Below, one piece after another: positions 43,110 through 53,038 of a DNA stretch of 64,000 bases. Position 1 is the stretch's first letter. Every line of letters starts with the position of its first letter. The notes beneath the pieces are model-generated. The model searched no databases and was not told the DNA's origin. It saw only the letters and a program-made list of their open reading frames with translations. Origin of the DNA: Minisyncoccota bacterium (GTDB lineage: Bacteria > Patescibacteriota > Minisyncoccia > Phycocordibacterales > SBAW01); NCBI GenBank assembly GCA_035546615.1, contig DASZWM010000007.1:1-64000 (forward strand), written 5' to 3'. Both the position numbers and the translations under genes were made by a program.

Positions 43110-44209
43110 ACTGCTTTGAGTACTGAGGCCGCCCTTTCCGCCCATGAAAATCCTTTCGCTTTTTCCTGCGCCGCCGAGGCGCGTTCGCGCGCGCCGGCGC
43201 GATCCGCAAGCGCCCTTGCTATCGCCTCCGCCAGCGCCTCCGGGTCGTCGGGCGCGGCAAAGTACGCCGTCTCGCCGTCAAGCACTTCGCGGATGCTCGG
43301 GAGATCAGAAGCCACTATCGGCTTCCCCGCCGCCATGTATTCGAACATCTTGAGCGGCGACGTATACAATCGCGAAATATCCTCCTGGGCGCTATTGGGC
43401 AGTACAAGAACGTCAGCCGTGCTCAAATGCCCGGGCAACTCCGCATGCGGCCGCCAGCCCACGATACGCACGTTCTTTTGCGCGCCGTAGGCGGCCTTGA
43501 ATCGTCCCAGCTCCTGGTCCGTACCTCCTATGAATACGAAAAATGCGTCGGGCAGATACGAGGCCGCTTGCGCCAGCGCGTTGGCGCCCTTCCATGCATA
43601 CAAATGGCCCGTATACATGATGAGCGGCACGTCCGCATGGATGCCGAGCTCCTGCCTGAGCATGCTCGGCGGAGCCCCCGCAAACAGGGCGTAATCGGCC
43701 GCATCAGGAAGAAGCAGGAGCTTGTTCTCCGGAACGCCCCGCTCCCTGAAAAAGTCCGCCAGCCCCTGTGAAATAACAGCCAGGAACCGGCAGACGCGGG
43801 AGGCCCGCCGAACGGCGAAATTCCAGCGACCCTCATGCGCTTCGAAAACCATAGGCAGTCTCAGGAAGAAGCTCAAAAGCCAGATTGCCAGCTCATCGCG
43901 GCTGTACAGCAGTCCCTCCTTTTCGTGGCGCAAGCGCCATGCGCATGCAACGCTGAAGGTCAGGCGGTGCAGCCAGAAGCCCGCCTTTCCCTGCACGCTC
44001 GTATCAAGCGATGGAAGCGCTTGTATCCTGAAACTCGGTTCGACTCCGTAATACGCGAAGGGGTCTGCCGTAATGCTGTTCGGGCGCCTGGGGACCAGCA
44101 GTTCTACGTCCGCGCCCTGCGCGGCGAGCGCCTCGCACATCTTCATGACCTGGAGCCCGTGGGCTTTTTCCGTCGGCAGGCGGATGGCGGCGATATAGAA
44201 GAGTTTCAT
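43106..44209 (-). CDS. Glycosyltransferase family 4
   Basis: MKLFYIAAIRLPTEKAHG ... GKPIVASDLPSIREVL (GT4 E-x7-E region). Confidence 0.8.
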   Translation of the reverse strand: MKLFYIAAIRLPTEKAHGLQVMKMCEALAAQGADVELLVPRRPNSITADPFAYYGVEPSFRIQALPSLDTSVQGKAGFWLHRLTFSVACAWRLRHEKEGLLYSRDELAIWLLSFFLRLPMVFEAHEGRWNFAVRRASRVCRFLAVISQGLADFFRERGVPENKLLLLPDAADYALFAGAPPSMLRQELGIHADVPLIMYTGHLYAWKGANALAQAASYLPDAFFVFIGGTDQELGRFKAAYGAQKNVRIVGWRPHAELPGHLSTADVLVLPNSAQEDISRLYTSPLKMFEYMAAGKPIVASDLPSIREVLDGETAYFAAPDDPEALAEAIARALADRAGARERASAAQEKAKGFSWAERAASVLKAV

Positions 44210-44272
44210 ACGGCAGTAACAGGACCCCAACTCATCGGACGCGCGGTCATGGCCAGAATATAGCACGGAAGG

Positions 44273-45340
44273 CTACATCAGCGCCTTCCACAGCGCGATA
44301 TGCTTTTGCGCGGCGCTCTCCCACGTATGCGGGGCTATGGAGGCCGCTACGGCCTCCTGAGACGGCACGGGCAAGCCGGGAAGCGCCCGCAGCAAGGCAC
44401 CAAGATCCTGCACGTCCCTGAAGACGTATCCGTTGCGCCCGTGGCGGACCTGCTCCGCGCCCGGAATATCGCGCGCAATGACCGGAAGCCCGAGCGAAAG
44501 GGAAAGCTGTATCGAGCCGGACGTCAATTCCGAATCATCGAAATAAAAGACGGCGTAGTCGGCGCACGCCGCGTACGAAGCCATGCGGTCGTCGGGAATG
44601 AAGGCGTCGCCGAACACGGTGCCCGGCACATCGGCCGCCAGGGCCTTGAGCTTTTGCAGATATCCTTCATCCCCACCCCCCGCAATCCACAGCCTGATTC
44701 GGGGATCCAGATCCGCGCCGGCCGCGCGCATGGCTTCAAAGATGCGCTCTATCTTTTTATACGGCCGTACCGCGCCAAGCGCCGCAAGCACGATGTCCCC
44801 GGACGCGAAGCCGAGCCGCTCGCGCAGTGCCGGGTCCCGCTGCGCGAGCGGTCCGAAGAAAGAGCCGTAATTGCTGTGCGGTATATATGCTACCTTTTTG
44901 CGGGGATACAGGATTTCGCAAGTCTTTGCGGTAGATGCCTGCTGCGCGACCAGGCCGTCGGCCGCAAGCGCGACGAGGAAGCGGCCCAGCCGGTCTATGC
45001 GCGGATGCGGGTAGTCATGCTCGCGCGCGTTATGGAGCACCCACACTATCTTGAAGCCGAACAGCGCCTTAAGCGCGAAGAGCGTCGGAATATTCACGCA
45101 CAGCCGGAGGATGGAGCGCAGGGCGTACCTGCTGCCATAGAGCACGGTCGGCCAGTGGATGCACAGGATGCGCCGAGGGCTTGTCCAGGGGTGCTGTAAG
45201 AGAAGGAGGAACACGCTCTGCCGCGGCACCTCCCGGAGGACGGCTTCGCCTCTATGCGCCTCAAGCGCGCGGCGCCACAGCAGGAAATACGGGTTCCCGC
45301 GGGCGTTATAGGGCATGGAAAACACCTCGATCTCAGCCAT
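44273..45340 (-). CDS. Glycosyltransferase (GT4/GT1-like)
   Basis: C-terminal GT-B domain LSLGLPVIARDIPGAEQVRHGRNGYVF. Confidence 0.7.
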   Translation of the reverse strand: MAEIEVFSMPYNARGNPYFLLWRRALEAHRGEAVLREVPRQSVFLLLLQHPWTSPRRILCIHWPTVLYGSRYALRSILRLCVNIPTLFALKALFGFKIVWVLHNAREHDYPHPRIDRLGRFLVALAADGLVAQQASTAKTCEILYPRKKVAYIPHSNYGSFFGPLAQRDPALRERLGFASGDIVLAALGAVRPYKKIERIFEAMRAAGADLDPRIRLWIAGGGDEGYLQKLKALAADVPGTVFGDAFIPDDRMASYAACADYAVFYFDDSELTSGSIQLSLSLGLPVIARDIPGAEQVRHGRNGYVFRDVQDLGALLRALPGLPVPSQEAVAASIAPHTWESAAQKHIALWKALM

Positions 45341-46094
45341 GCGGAGTGAAGATGAAATTATTCACGTACGAAGGGCTCTTGAAATCCTCCGGACGCTGGT
45401 TGTGACCCGCGCTGAAATCCGACAGCGGCCGGAGCACCTGCGAGGCGCGGTCCCAGAAGGATCCTTCGTACCCGCGCGCGAGTATCCACGCGAAGATATC
45501 CTCTATCGGCTCGGTGTGGTGGCGCTGCTCTATCTCGACGATAAGAGCGGGACGATCTTCGGCGAGGGTCTTCTGCGCGCCAAGCAGTACGTCTTTCTCA
45601 TGGCCCTCGACATCTATCTTGATGCACCCGACCGGCCCGCAATGGGCGGCGGCTTTTGCCTCATCGAGCGTCAGGGTGGCAACCGTCTCTACCTGCGCGG
45701 CCTCCTCCCCGTCCTCTTTAAAATCTTCAAGGGTCCCGCGCGTCGGGTATTCCCGCCCGCGTATCGTGGGCACCTTGAACCGCGCCTCTCCGGCGCGCGA
45801 GGAAAGGGCCGCCTGCGCGATATGCGCGCCCGGAAACAGCTGCTTGAGTTGGGAAACGTACTGCGCCTGCGGCTCGAAGGCGTATATGCGGGAAAGGGGC
45901 AGGTGCGCGCTTGCCGCGTATACGTACGCTCCTACGTTGGCGCCTACGTCGAAGAACGCTTTATTCGGATCGATCAGGTCCCCGAGCAGGAACAGCTCGG
46001 GTTCCGCGCTCGTGCGCGCGATATCGCCGGGGCGCATAGGGCCGAGGTGGCGGAATTGCCGGTACCGCAGGATGGCCGCTATAAGGGTGTTCAT
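45333..46094 (-). CDS. FkbM family methyltransferase
   Basis: FFDVGANVGAYVYAASAHLP ... IYAFEPQ ... IKIDVEGHEKDVL. Confidence 0.8.
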   Translation of the reverse strand: MNTLIAAILRYRQFRHLGPMRPGDIARTSAEPELFLLGDLIDPNKAFFDVGANVGAYVYAASAHLPLSRIYAFEPQAQYVSQLKQLFPGAHIAQAALSSRAGEARFKVPTIRGREYPTRGTLEDFKEDGEEAAQVETVATLTLDEAKAAAHCGPVGCIKIDVEGHEKDVLLGAQKTLAEDRPALIVEIEQRHHTEPIEDIFAWILARGYEGSFWDRASQVLRPLSDFSAGHNQRPEDFKSPSYVNNFIFTPHG

Positions 46095-46119
46095 ACTACG
46101 GATCAGGATGCCTGCGAGG

Positions 46120-47184
46120 CTACGAGGACAGGATGTCGTAGAAGCGCTCGATGAGGCGGTCGAGATTGTGCGACTTCACTACGACGTCCCGAAGCTCCCG
46201 GTTCTTCCCCCGCACATCCATGAAGGAGAGGATGCCGCGCGCTATGACATCGGGCTCGTTGCTCTCCAGAAAGTGGTTGGGAGGCAGCAGCTCCTTGAAC
46301 GTCCGGTTGCTGGTCAGTATGTTGAGGCCGCAGGCCATGGCTTCGAGCCCCGCCTTGTCGAGGCCCGTATTGCCCGCAAGATTGAGAAAGAGGTCGTGCG
46401 CGTTGTATACGGCTGGCATATCCTGGTTCTCCGCCCGTCCGCCGAAGCGCACGTATCCCTCAAGCTTTTCCCGGGCGATATAGTCTTCGATCTCCTTGTA
46501 GTACGCTTTGTCGCTCTCGAGGAACGGCTGGCCGTATATGTCGAGCTGAAGCTTGGTATGGCCCTGCCCCACCAGCAGGCTGACCGCCCGGCACATCAGG
46601 AGCTGGTTCTTGGTCGGCGTAATGCGCCCTGTCGACAACAGGCGCAGTTTCGGGGACGGGCTTCCTTCGGGCTCCGGACTGTAGAAATCGGTGTCTATTC
46701 CGTGCCCGGTATATATCCGCTTCGCCGTCTCGTATGGAAATGTCGTAGGCGAGGCGGTGACGACAGCGTTGACCAGCGCGACGGCAAGCTTTACGTCCCA
46801 CGTTATCGTCCGATGGTTGTACCAAAGAACGCGCTTTTTGCCGAACAGCGCATACAAGGGCCATCCAAGGATGGCGTATATCTGGTTCATGTGGATGAAC
46901 ACGCCGCCTACGCGAGGAACGAACTTCCACAGGTAGTAGTACAGATTCAGAGCCTCCCGAAGGCGCGAGTAGCCCTTTTCCTTGCCCAGGCTCACCACTT
47001 CCACATTCCCAGGAAGCGGCGCGTACGTGCCTTCAAAAAGGCATACCACTTTTACCTCGTCGAAGTGCTTTGCGAACGTGCGTATCCAGTTGGTGAAGAA
47101 CCACAGGTCAAAGTCGGTCTCGTCGACCTTCTGGGTCAGGATAAGTATCGAGCGCGGCTGGTCGGAATGGTTCATGCGATACAA
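46120..47184 (-). CDS. Glycosyltransferase family 4
   Basis: GRITPTKNQ ... GLDKAGLEAMACGLNILTSN. Confidence 0.8.
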   Translation of the reverse strand: MYRMNHSDQPRSILILTQKVDETDFDLWFFTNWIRTFAKHFDEVKVVCLFEGTYAPLPGNVEVVSLGKEKGYSRLREALNLYYYLWKFVPRVGGVFIHMNQIYAILGWPLYALFGKKRVLWYNHRTITWDVKLAVALVNAVVTASPTTFPYETAKRIYTGHGIDTDFYSPEPEGSPSPKLRLLSTGRITPTKNQLLMCRAVSLLVGQGHTKLQLDIYGQPFLESDKAYYKEIEDYIAREKLEGYVRFGGRAENQDMPAVYNAHDLFLNLAGNTGLDKAGLEAMACGLNILTSNRTFKELLPPNHFLESNEPDVIARGILSFMDVRGKNRELRDVVVKSHNLDRLIERFYDILSS

Positions 47185-47245
47185 TAAACTATTTCATTAA
47201 AAGGGCGTCCGGGCAAATCGTTTCTACAAAGACGTTGGAACGGAT

Positions 47246-48163
47246 TCACAGCGTCTGTTGCCATGCCTCTGCCCATGCTACTTCTGATAGAACCGGGATC
47301 TTCAATTCCCCTCGCGCTCCGGTCTGGAATACCTCAACGACCGCATCAGCGAGCCTGCCGCGGGAGGCGATGCGCGCGCCGGCCTCGCGCGCAATGCCGA
47401 CATCATACGATACTACCGGAACGCCCGCGGCAAGCGCCTCCACGATGGAGGCGCCGTAGCTTTCGTGGGGCGAAGTAGACAGCACCACATCCGCCATAGC
47501 CAGATAGGGAGCCGGATCCTGCCAGCCGGCGAACTCCACATATCCCCCAAGCGGCTTGGCCTGCGCGCGCAAGGGCGCTTCCAGGCTGCCGCTTCCGAGG
47601 AATATAAGCCCCGCATCCGCGCCGCGCTTTCGTGCCTGCTCCAGCACCCCAAGCGCCTGCGCGGGGTCCTTCTCGCGCTCGAGCCGCCCTATCCAAAGAA
47701 TGGTTTTTGCGAATTTCGGGTGCCGTTTCTTCTCCAAGTTCCTGAACTTCGAAACATCAATAAAGACCGGCAGTACGTGAACGGGGGCAGAAATCCGCAT
47801 CCGTTCGATTTGTTTTTTTATTTTTTCCGATACCGCGCGTATCGAATCCGCCTGGCCAAGCACCATCTGCGCCAGCGCGTAACGAATGAATCCCTGCCCC
47901 ATCAGGTCCGCGTGCACCTGAATGTTGAGCCGGGCCTTCAGCCTGCGCGCCACAACCCAGGCGACAAGACCCCGCCAGAAGGGATCCTGCGCGGTAATGA
48001 CGTCATAGCTGCCTTCCGTAAGCAAAGGAGAAAAGATGGCGCCGCGGCCCCAGTATACGACATCAAGCGCCTCTATCTGTTTCTTCTGCAATTCCATGCG
48101 CGCATGCGCCGCCGTGCCCCGCTTAAGCACATTCCTGTCGCCGGTTACCATCAATACTTTCAT
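47246..48163 (-). CDS. Glycosyltransferase family 4-like
   Basis: ILWIGRLEREKDPAQALG ... HESYGASIVEALAAGVPVVSYDVG. Confidence 0.75.
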   Translation of the reverse strand: MKVLMVTGDRNVLKRGTAAHARMELQKKQIEALDVVYWGRGAIFSPLLTEGSYDVITAQDPFWRGLVAWVVARRLKARLNIQVHADLMGQGFIRYALAQMVLGQADSIRAVSEKIKKQIERMRISAPVHVLPVFIDVSKFRNLEKKRHPKFAKTILWIGRLEREKDPAQALGVLEQARKRGADAGLIFLGSGSLEAPLRAQAKPLGGYVEFAGWQDPAPYLAMADVVLSTSPHESYGASIVEALAAGVPVVSYDVGIAREAGARIASRGRLADAVVEVFQTGARGELKIPVLSEVAWAEAWQQTL

Positions 48164-49173
48164 GCAATGCTGTTTGCCGTGTCCAATACTTCGTCGGCTA
48201 TCTGCGCCCAGGAGTGCGTATAGGAGAACGCCCGGATGCGCCCGACGTACTGCTTATACTTCTCCGCATCAAGCAGTTCTTCCAGTCCCGCTTCCATCGC
48301 CTTTTTGTCGAGGGTATCCGCGAACACGCCAAGGCCCTGCAGCTTTTCGAACATGCCGCTGTCGCGGGGCGCCATGAACGGTTTTCCGTACTTGAGCGCT
48401 TCGATAATGTTGTTGGAGTTTACCTCGCTCACCGACGGCACGACGTATGCGTATATGCCGGCCAGGCGGGCCAAGTGCTCTTCCCGCGGAAGCGGCCGCG
48501 TATCAAGCTCGATATCGGGATGCCGTTTCGCCGCTTCGCTGAAAGCTTCCTCAAATCCGGCGATATTCTTATACGCGATGCCGCGGCCGGCGGCGAGAAA
48601 TATTTTCTTGCCGCGGGGTGCGGGCGTTTCATGCCGCTCGCCTGAATACTCGTTCTCAAGCAGGCGCATCCGGCCTATGTCGATGTTATAGGCTTTCCGC
48701 CATATCTCCATCTGCCAGAGCGTATTGAAAAGGAGCATACCGGCGTGCCGCGCCAAAAAGCCGGTCACCCCGTATATAACGCGCTCCTTAAGCGTAAAGT
48801 TGCGCTTTGTGGCGTAAAAGCCCGACAGCGGGACCATCTCTCCGGTGCGCTCTATATACCCTTCCCACAGAATGTCCCCGCCCACGCGCGCCAGGAACTT
48901 TTCCCCGCATAGCTTCGCCGCGCATAGCGCCGGGAAGCCGACGCTCCAGGTATCGAGCGCAAGCACCGCATCCGAACCTATAACGCGCGGCAGCAGCCTG
49001 AAGAAATACCATAGGTGCCGCGCGCCCCACGGCAGCAGCCGCTCGGCCCGGCCCCATACGACCAGCCGGGGCTTGAGCCCGCGGCGGTTCAGCTCGTCAA
49101 AAAGCTCTTTTGCGTACTTCGCCGGGCCGCCGATCTGCGGCGGAAAAAGAGGCGCCGCTATTGTTAATCTCAT
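48160..49173 (-). CDS. Glycosyltransferase (GT4-like)
   Basis: MRLTIAAPLFPPQIGGPAKYAKEL; GT-B C-terminal domain; 4-nt overlap with downstream gene. Confidence 0.7.
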   Translation of the reverse strand: MRLTIAAPLFPPQIGGPAKYAKELFDELNRRGLKPRLVVWGRAERLLPWGARHLWYFFRLLPRVIGSDAVLALDTWSVGFPALCAAKLCGEKFLARVGGDILWEGYIERTGEMVPLSGFYATKRNFTLKERVIYGVTGFLARHAGMLLFNTLWQMEIWRKAYNIDIGRMRLLENEYSGERHETPAPRGKKIFLAAGRGIAYKNIAGFEEAFSEAAKRHPDIELDTRPLPREEHLARLAGIYAYVVPSVSEVNSNNIIEALKYGKPFMAPRDSGMFEKLQGLGVFADTLDKKAMEAGLEELLDAEKYKQYVGRIRAFSYTHSWAQIADEVLDTANSIA

Positions 49174-49174
49174 A

Positions 49175-50182
49175 TCACTGCCACAGGGAGCGCTTGCGGG
49201 TCCCCCGCTCGCGTATCCATTTCGCTACCGGCTCAAGCCCTTCCTCGAGCCCGACCTTCGGCGACCAGCCAAGCTTCTCGCGTATCTTCGCGATATCGAC
49301 CTCGCGGCGCAGGGCCGTATCGGCTTGCGTATCGACGACCGCGTATTTAAAGGGCCGGTCGCCGCCGTATTTCTCCCAGATACGCTTGCCGAGCTCGAGA
49401 ATGGTGTAATGGGTGTCGTTTCCTATATTAAAGTCCTCGTTCTTCACCATATCTTCTGCCCGGGCGGCGCGCATCACCACCGCAACCGTCGCCTCAACGG
49501 CGTCGTCGATATATACGAACGGCCGGGTGGCTTCCGGGTTTCCGAGGAACTCAAGCGGATACTGGCCGCCCAGTACTTTCTGAAGGAGTGCCGGGATGAC
49601 ATGGATATCGCCCGGGGTGGAGCCTTTGGAATCCTCGCCGGGGCCGTAAATATTGTGATAACGGATGATCGTATACTCCAGGCCGAACTGGGCCGCATAC
49701 GAGCGGCAGAAGTATTCTCCCCCGAGCTTTGCGAAGCCGTACACGTTGGACGGCGGCCGGATGTCGCGGATATCCTTCTCGGTGTACGGAAATTGCGGCG
49801 GATATTGGAATACCGCCGAGCTTGAGGAATAGATGACCCACGGGATCTTGTTCGCGACAAGCGCCGGGTAGACGGCGGCGTCTATGGCCGAGTTGTTGGT
49901 GAGTATCTCGGCCTGGTGATCGTGCATGTACGTGAGCGAACCGATATCCGCCGCCAAGTGGAGCACGAGATCGGCGCCGGCAAGACCCTTCAGCGCCTCG
50001 CCCGGGATGCGCAGGTCGTGCCGGCGGAACTCGATGCCCGGCGAGAAGGTGATGCCGCGCTCCTCGGGGGTTGCGATGTCGACCACGAGAACCTTTTCTC
50101 CCGCCTTATTGAGCGCCTCGGCCACGCGGCTGCCGACGTAGCCGGTGCCGCCGGTGATGAGAATGGTTTTGCCCGTAGCCAT
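49175..50182 (-). CDS. NAD-dependent epimerase/dehydratase (SDR). Start MATGKTILITGG at 50182; the track start 50209 is a short over-extension
   Basis: ILITGGTGYVGSRV ... YSSSSAVF ... YGFAKLGGEY (YxxxK). Confidence 0.85.
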   Translation of the reverse strand: MATGKTILITGGTGYVGSRVAEALNKAGEKVLVVDIATPEERGITFSPGIEFRRHDLRIPGEALKGLAGADLVLHLAADIGSLTYMHDHQAEILTNNSAIDAAVYPALVANKIPWVIYSSSSAVFQYPPQFPYTEKDIRDIRPPSNVYGFAKLGGEYFCRSYAAQFGLEYTIIRYHNIYGPGEDSKGSTPGDIHVIPALLQKVLGGQYPLEFLGNPEATRPFVYIDDAVEATVAVVMRAARAEDMVKNEDFNIGNDTHYTILELGKRIWEKYGGDRPFKYAVVDTQADTALRREVDIAKIREKLGWSPKVGLEEGLEPVAKWIRERGTRKRSLWQ

Positions 50183-50225
50183 ATAGCCTATAACTATGCA
50201 TAATGGCATAAAATTGCAAAAAGAA

Positions 50226-50250
50226 AAGGGCGGCCCGTGGGGCCGCCCTT
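50226..50250 (-). terminator. Intrinsic terminator AAGGGCGGCCC-gtg-GGGCCGCCCTT with a minus-strand U-run (TTTCTTTTTGC)
   Basis: Perfect 11-bp stem read from sequence, 10 nt after stop of 50261-50743. Confidence 0.6.
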
Positions 50251-50260
50251 TCTGCGTCTT

Positions 50261-50743
50261 CTAGTCGTCTGTGTAGTACGAGCTACCGTTCCCGGAAAAG
50301 GAATTCCTTGGATGCTCGGATTGGAGGCGGAGATGGATCTTTACATGGAACTCCTGCGCGAGCAATTCCGCCAACTTCTTGAAAGACTCAAGACGTTCGC
50401 GCCCGTAGAGCTCCATCACCCACTCCTTGGGATTCGCGCCGTGTTCCTTGCTTGCGAACCACAGCATTGCAATAAGGGAGCGGGGCTTCTCGCCAAAAGC
50501 GTGCCGCAGGTACCATTTATTCCACCTGCGGCTCTTCTCGTTTTCCGCCACAAACCCGTACTGGTTTGTTTCGCGGGGACCGGAGTGACCCCAGCTTTCG
50601 TTAAGGGTTAACAATACCTCTGGGTGCGTGCCAGCGAGATACTTCTCGATGGATTCGCCGATGCTTTTGCTCTTTACTTGGAACGATTCCGCGAACGAGA
50701 CAGATTCCTTTTCGCTCTGCAATGAAGACATGAGATTCTCCAA
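50261..50743 (-). CDS. Hypothetical protein (160 aa), orphan with its own promoter and terminator inside the glycan locus
   Basis: ORF with AT-rich TATAAT-containing upstream region (50790-50830) and downstream terminator; no recognisable family. Confidence 0.45.
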   Translation of the reverse strand: MENLMSSLQSEKESVSFAESFQVKSKSIGESIEKYLAGTHPEVLLTLNESWGHSGPRETNQYGFVAENEKSRRWNKWYLRHAFGEKPRSLIAMLWFASKEHGANPKEWVMELYGRERLESFKKLAELLAQEFHVKIHLRLQSEHPRNSFSGNGSSYYTDD

Positions 50744-50874
50744 TGTGCTGCGTCATGGATCTCCCATGACGGTTGGCGGATCTCCGCTCAACAAATTATA
50801 TTATATACTATACAAGTAAACTTGTCAATAGAAGCCGACCGAGGCGTGGTTGAAGTGAGTGGTTCTCTAAAAGC

Positions 50875-51891
50875 TTAAAAGGCCAGGAGAAGAATAGCAT
50901 CGATAACGACTATGGCCGCCGCAAGCACCAAAAACGGCCGCCAGTAGCGCGCAAGAAACTCGCGCGGGTCGGAGATATTCTTATACAAAGAGAACCACAG
51001 CTCGCGCCATGCGACGAAGCCCGACATGTGCGGCGTCTGCCATGCGGAGAACCACTCCGGCAGCGCCGGATGCCGCACCGAAAGCGCCTCATGCGCCGCG
51101 TTGGACGCGTACACGCCGCGAAGAAGGTCGACGTTCTTCCCCTGCTCGCCGAACCACTTCACGAACGCCCGCGTATCCTTGGGAAGGCAGTGTCCACCGA
51201 ACGCGCGCCCGTAGCGGGTGTACCCTTCCCCGCCGAGCACGAAGTTAAGAACGCGGCTGATGGAATCGACATCCTGGGGAGTCGAGGGTTCCGCTATCGC
51301 GTCGCCGAACTCGTTGACGAAGGCGATGCGCGTCGCGTTCCAGAGATTTGAAAGATATTTCACGAAAGCGGCCTCCCGCGGAGTGCCGCCGAACTGGAGC
51401 GGCGTCGCGCGCTGCCACGCGTCGAAGAACGCCGGCCGCGAGGTTTTCGTGTCGCGGATACCGAGCACGAAGAAGTGCGGCGAGAGGCATTCCTCGACTG
51501 CCGTTTTCTCGTGCAGGAATTCCGGCATGTAGAAATCAAAGTTGAGGCTTTCGAGCAGGTCGGGGATGACCGTGGAGCGCAGCACCACAGCGCCCTTCGC
51601 ATCTTTCAGCGATTCAAGCGCCGCGCGTATGGCGCTTATGTCCTGCGTGCCGTCCTCCGCCACCTTGTCGCCGACGCATACGATGTACGCCGTGTCCGCC
51701 GCATCGCGCTCAAGAACACCCGAAAGCCGCGTAATGCGCCCGTACGCATCCGCGTACGTATCTGTATAGTGCAGCGACGGATTGCCCGGGTCAAAATAGG
51801 AAACATGGAATCCCATGCGCGAAAGCGCCAGGGCGTTCGCCTGCCCTACCCATCCGAAGCCCACTATCACAACCGTGCCGCCCGTTTGCAT
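50875..51891 (-). CDS. Divergent nucleotide-sugar dehydrogenase-like protein (UDPG/MGDP dehydrogenase N-terminal and catalytic region) with C-terminal TM helix
   Basis: VVIVGFGWVGQANALAL Rossmann, GGHCLPKD catalytic Cys motif, C-term FLVLAAAIVVIDAILLLAF hydrophobic. Confidence 0.65.
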   Translation of the reverse strand: MQTGGTVVIVGFGWVGQANALALSRMGFHVSYFDPGNPSLHYTDTYADAYGRITRLSGVLERDAADTAYIVCVGDKVAEDGTQDISAIRAALESLKDAKGAVVLRSTVIPDLLESLNFDFYMPEFLHEKTAVEECLSPHFFVLGIRDTKTSRPAFFDAWQRATPLQFGGTPREAAFVKYLSNLWNATRIAFVNEFGDAIAEPSTPQDVDSISRVLNFVLGGEGYTRYGRAFGGHCLPKDTRAFVKWFGEQGKNVDLLRGVYASNAAHEALSVRHPALPEWFSAWQTPHMSGFVAWRELWFSLYKNISDPREFLARYWRPFLVLAAAIVVIDAILLLAF

Positions 51892-51925
51892 AGGAGTTAC
51901 CGTACCATTTCGGGAAAATAAGTAA

Positions 51926-53038
51926 ATGCTATATGCTTGCAGTATGGATAACCGCGCTCCGTTGATATACGTTTCCCCCTATTACGACCCCAAGGTGCCT
52001 TCGGGAGCTAACCGCCGGTTCGACGAGATATGCCGGCGATACAGCCGCGACTACGGCGACCGCTTTACGCTCATTGTCGCCAAAGGAAAGGTCCCCCTAT
52101 GGTGGAACGGCAAGAACCTGGTCGAAGTCGACTACAAGTTCGACCACCCCAGCAAATTCACCGCGGCGCGGCAGATAGCGAAAGTGCTCGACGCCTTGCC
52201 CCCGTCCATCGTCGTTATCGAGTCGGTCCCGGTCCCCTACCGCGCGCTCAGGCGCCACATGCAGGTCCAGGTAGTGTACGATTTCCGCTACTTCACCGGC
52301 GACAGCAAAAGCTTCCTCTACCGCCTCATATTTACGCCGTACCTTAAGTGGCAATGGGGCCGCTCGCAATTCCTCCTTACCTGCAGCGACTTTTCGGTGG
52401 CTGAAGCGCGCAAGTACCTGCGCTACGACCCGGCCCGCGTCATAAAGAGCTACTTCGGCATCGACGAGAAAGTGCTCGACCTGGCGAACACGCCCGCGCC
52501 CGCCAAGGACGTCGACATCATATACGTCGCCCATTTCGAGAAGCGCAAGAATCACGAGCCGCTCATCCGCGCTATCGCGCGGCTTAATAAGGATTTGCGC
52601 GTGGTATTTAACGGCCGCGACAACGGCATGCAGGCGGAGCTCGAAGCCTTGTGCCGCGAGCTCGGGCTTACGAACGTTACCTTCAGCGGGGGCAAGTCTG
52701 ACGCGGAGCTGTGGAACATGTATCGCAGGAGCCGCGTCTTCGCCTACCCTTCTTTGTACGAAGGCTTCGGCATCCCGCTTATCGAGGGTCTGGCGCTCGG
52801 CGTGCCGGTAGCCGTCGCGGACACGGAAGTGTTCCATGAGGTCGGTAGCGATCTGGTATCGTATTTCGACGGCCGCGACCCAGAGGATATTGCCCGCGTA
52901 CTTAAAGGAATTCTGGATAACCCGCAGGTGCCGTCTCCCGAGAAGGTCCGCGCGCACTTGGAAAAATTCTTCTGGGAGAATATCTACAAAAAGATGGTGG
53001 AGGATACGGAGGCCGAGGCCGGGCCGCTTTTGCGCTAA
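51926..53038 (+). CDS. Glycosyltransferase family 4
   Basis: FEKRKNHEPLIRA ... YPSLYEGFGIPLIEGLALGVPVAVAD. Confidence 0.8.
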   Translation: MLYACSMDNRAPLIYVSPYYDPKVPSGANRRFDEICRRYSRDYGDRFTLIVAKGKVPLWWNGKNLVEVDYKFDHPSKFTAARQIAKVLDALPPSIVVIESVPVPYRALRRHMQVQVVYDFRYFTGDSKSFLYRLIFTPYLKWQWGRSQFLLTCSDFSVAEARKYLRYDPARVIKSYFGIDEKVLDLANTPAPAKDVDIIYVAHFEKRKNHEPLIRAIARLNKDLRVVFNGRDNGMQAELEALCRELGLTNVTFSGGKSDAELWNMYRRSRVFAYPSLYEGFGIPLIEGLALGVPVAVADTEVFHEVGSDLVSYFDGRDPEDIARVLKGILDNPQVPSPEKVRAHLEKFFWENIYKKMVEDTEAEAGPLLR

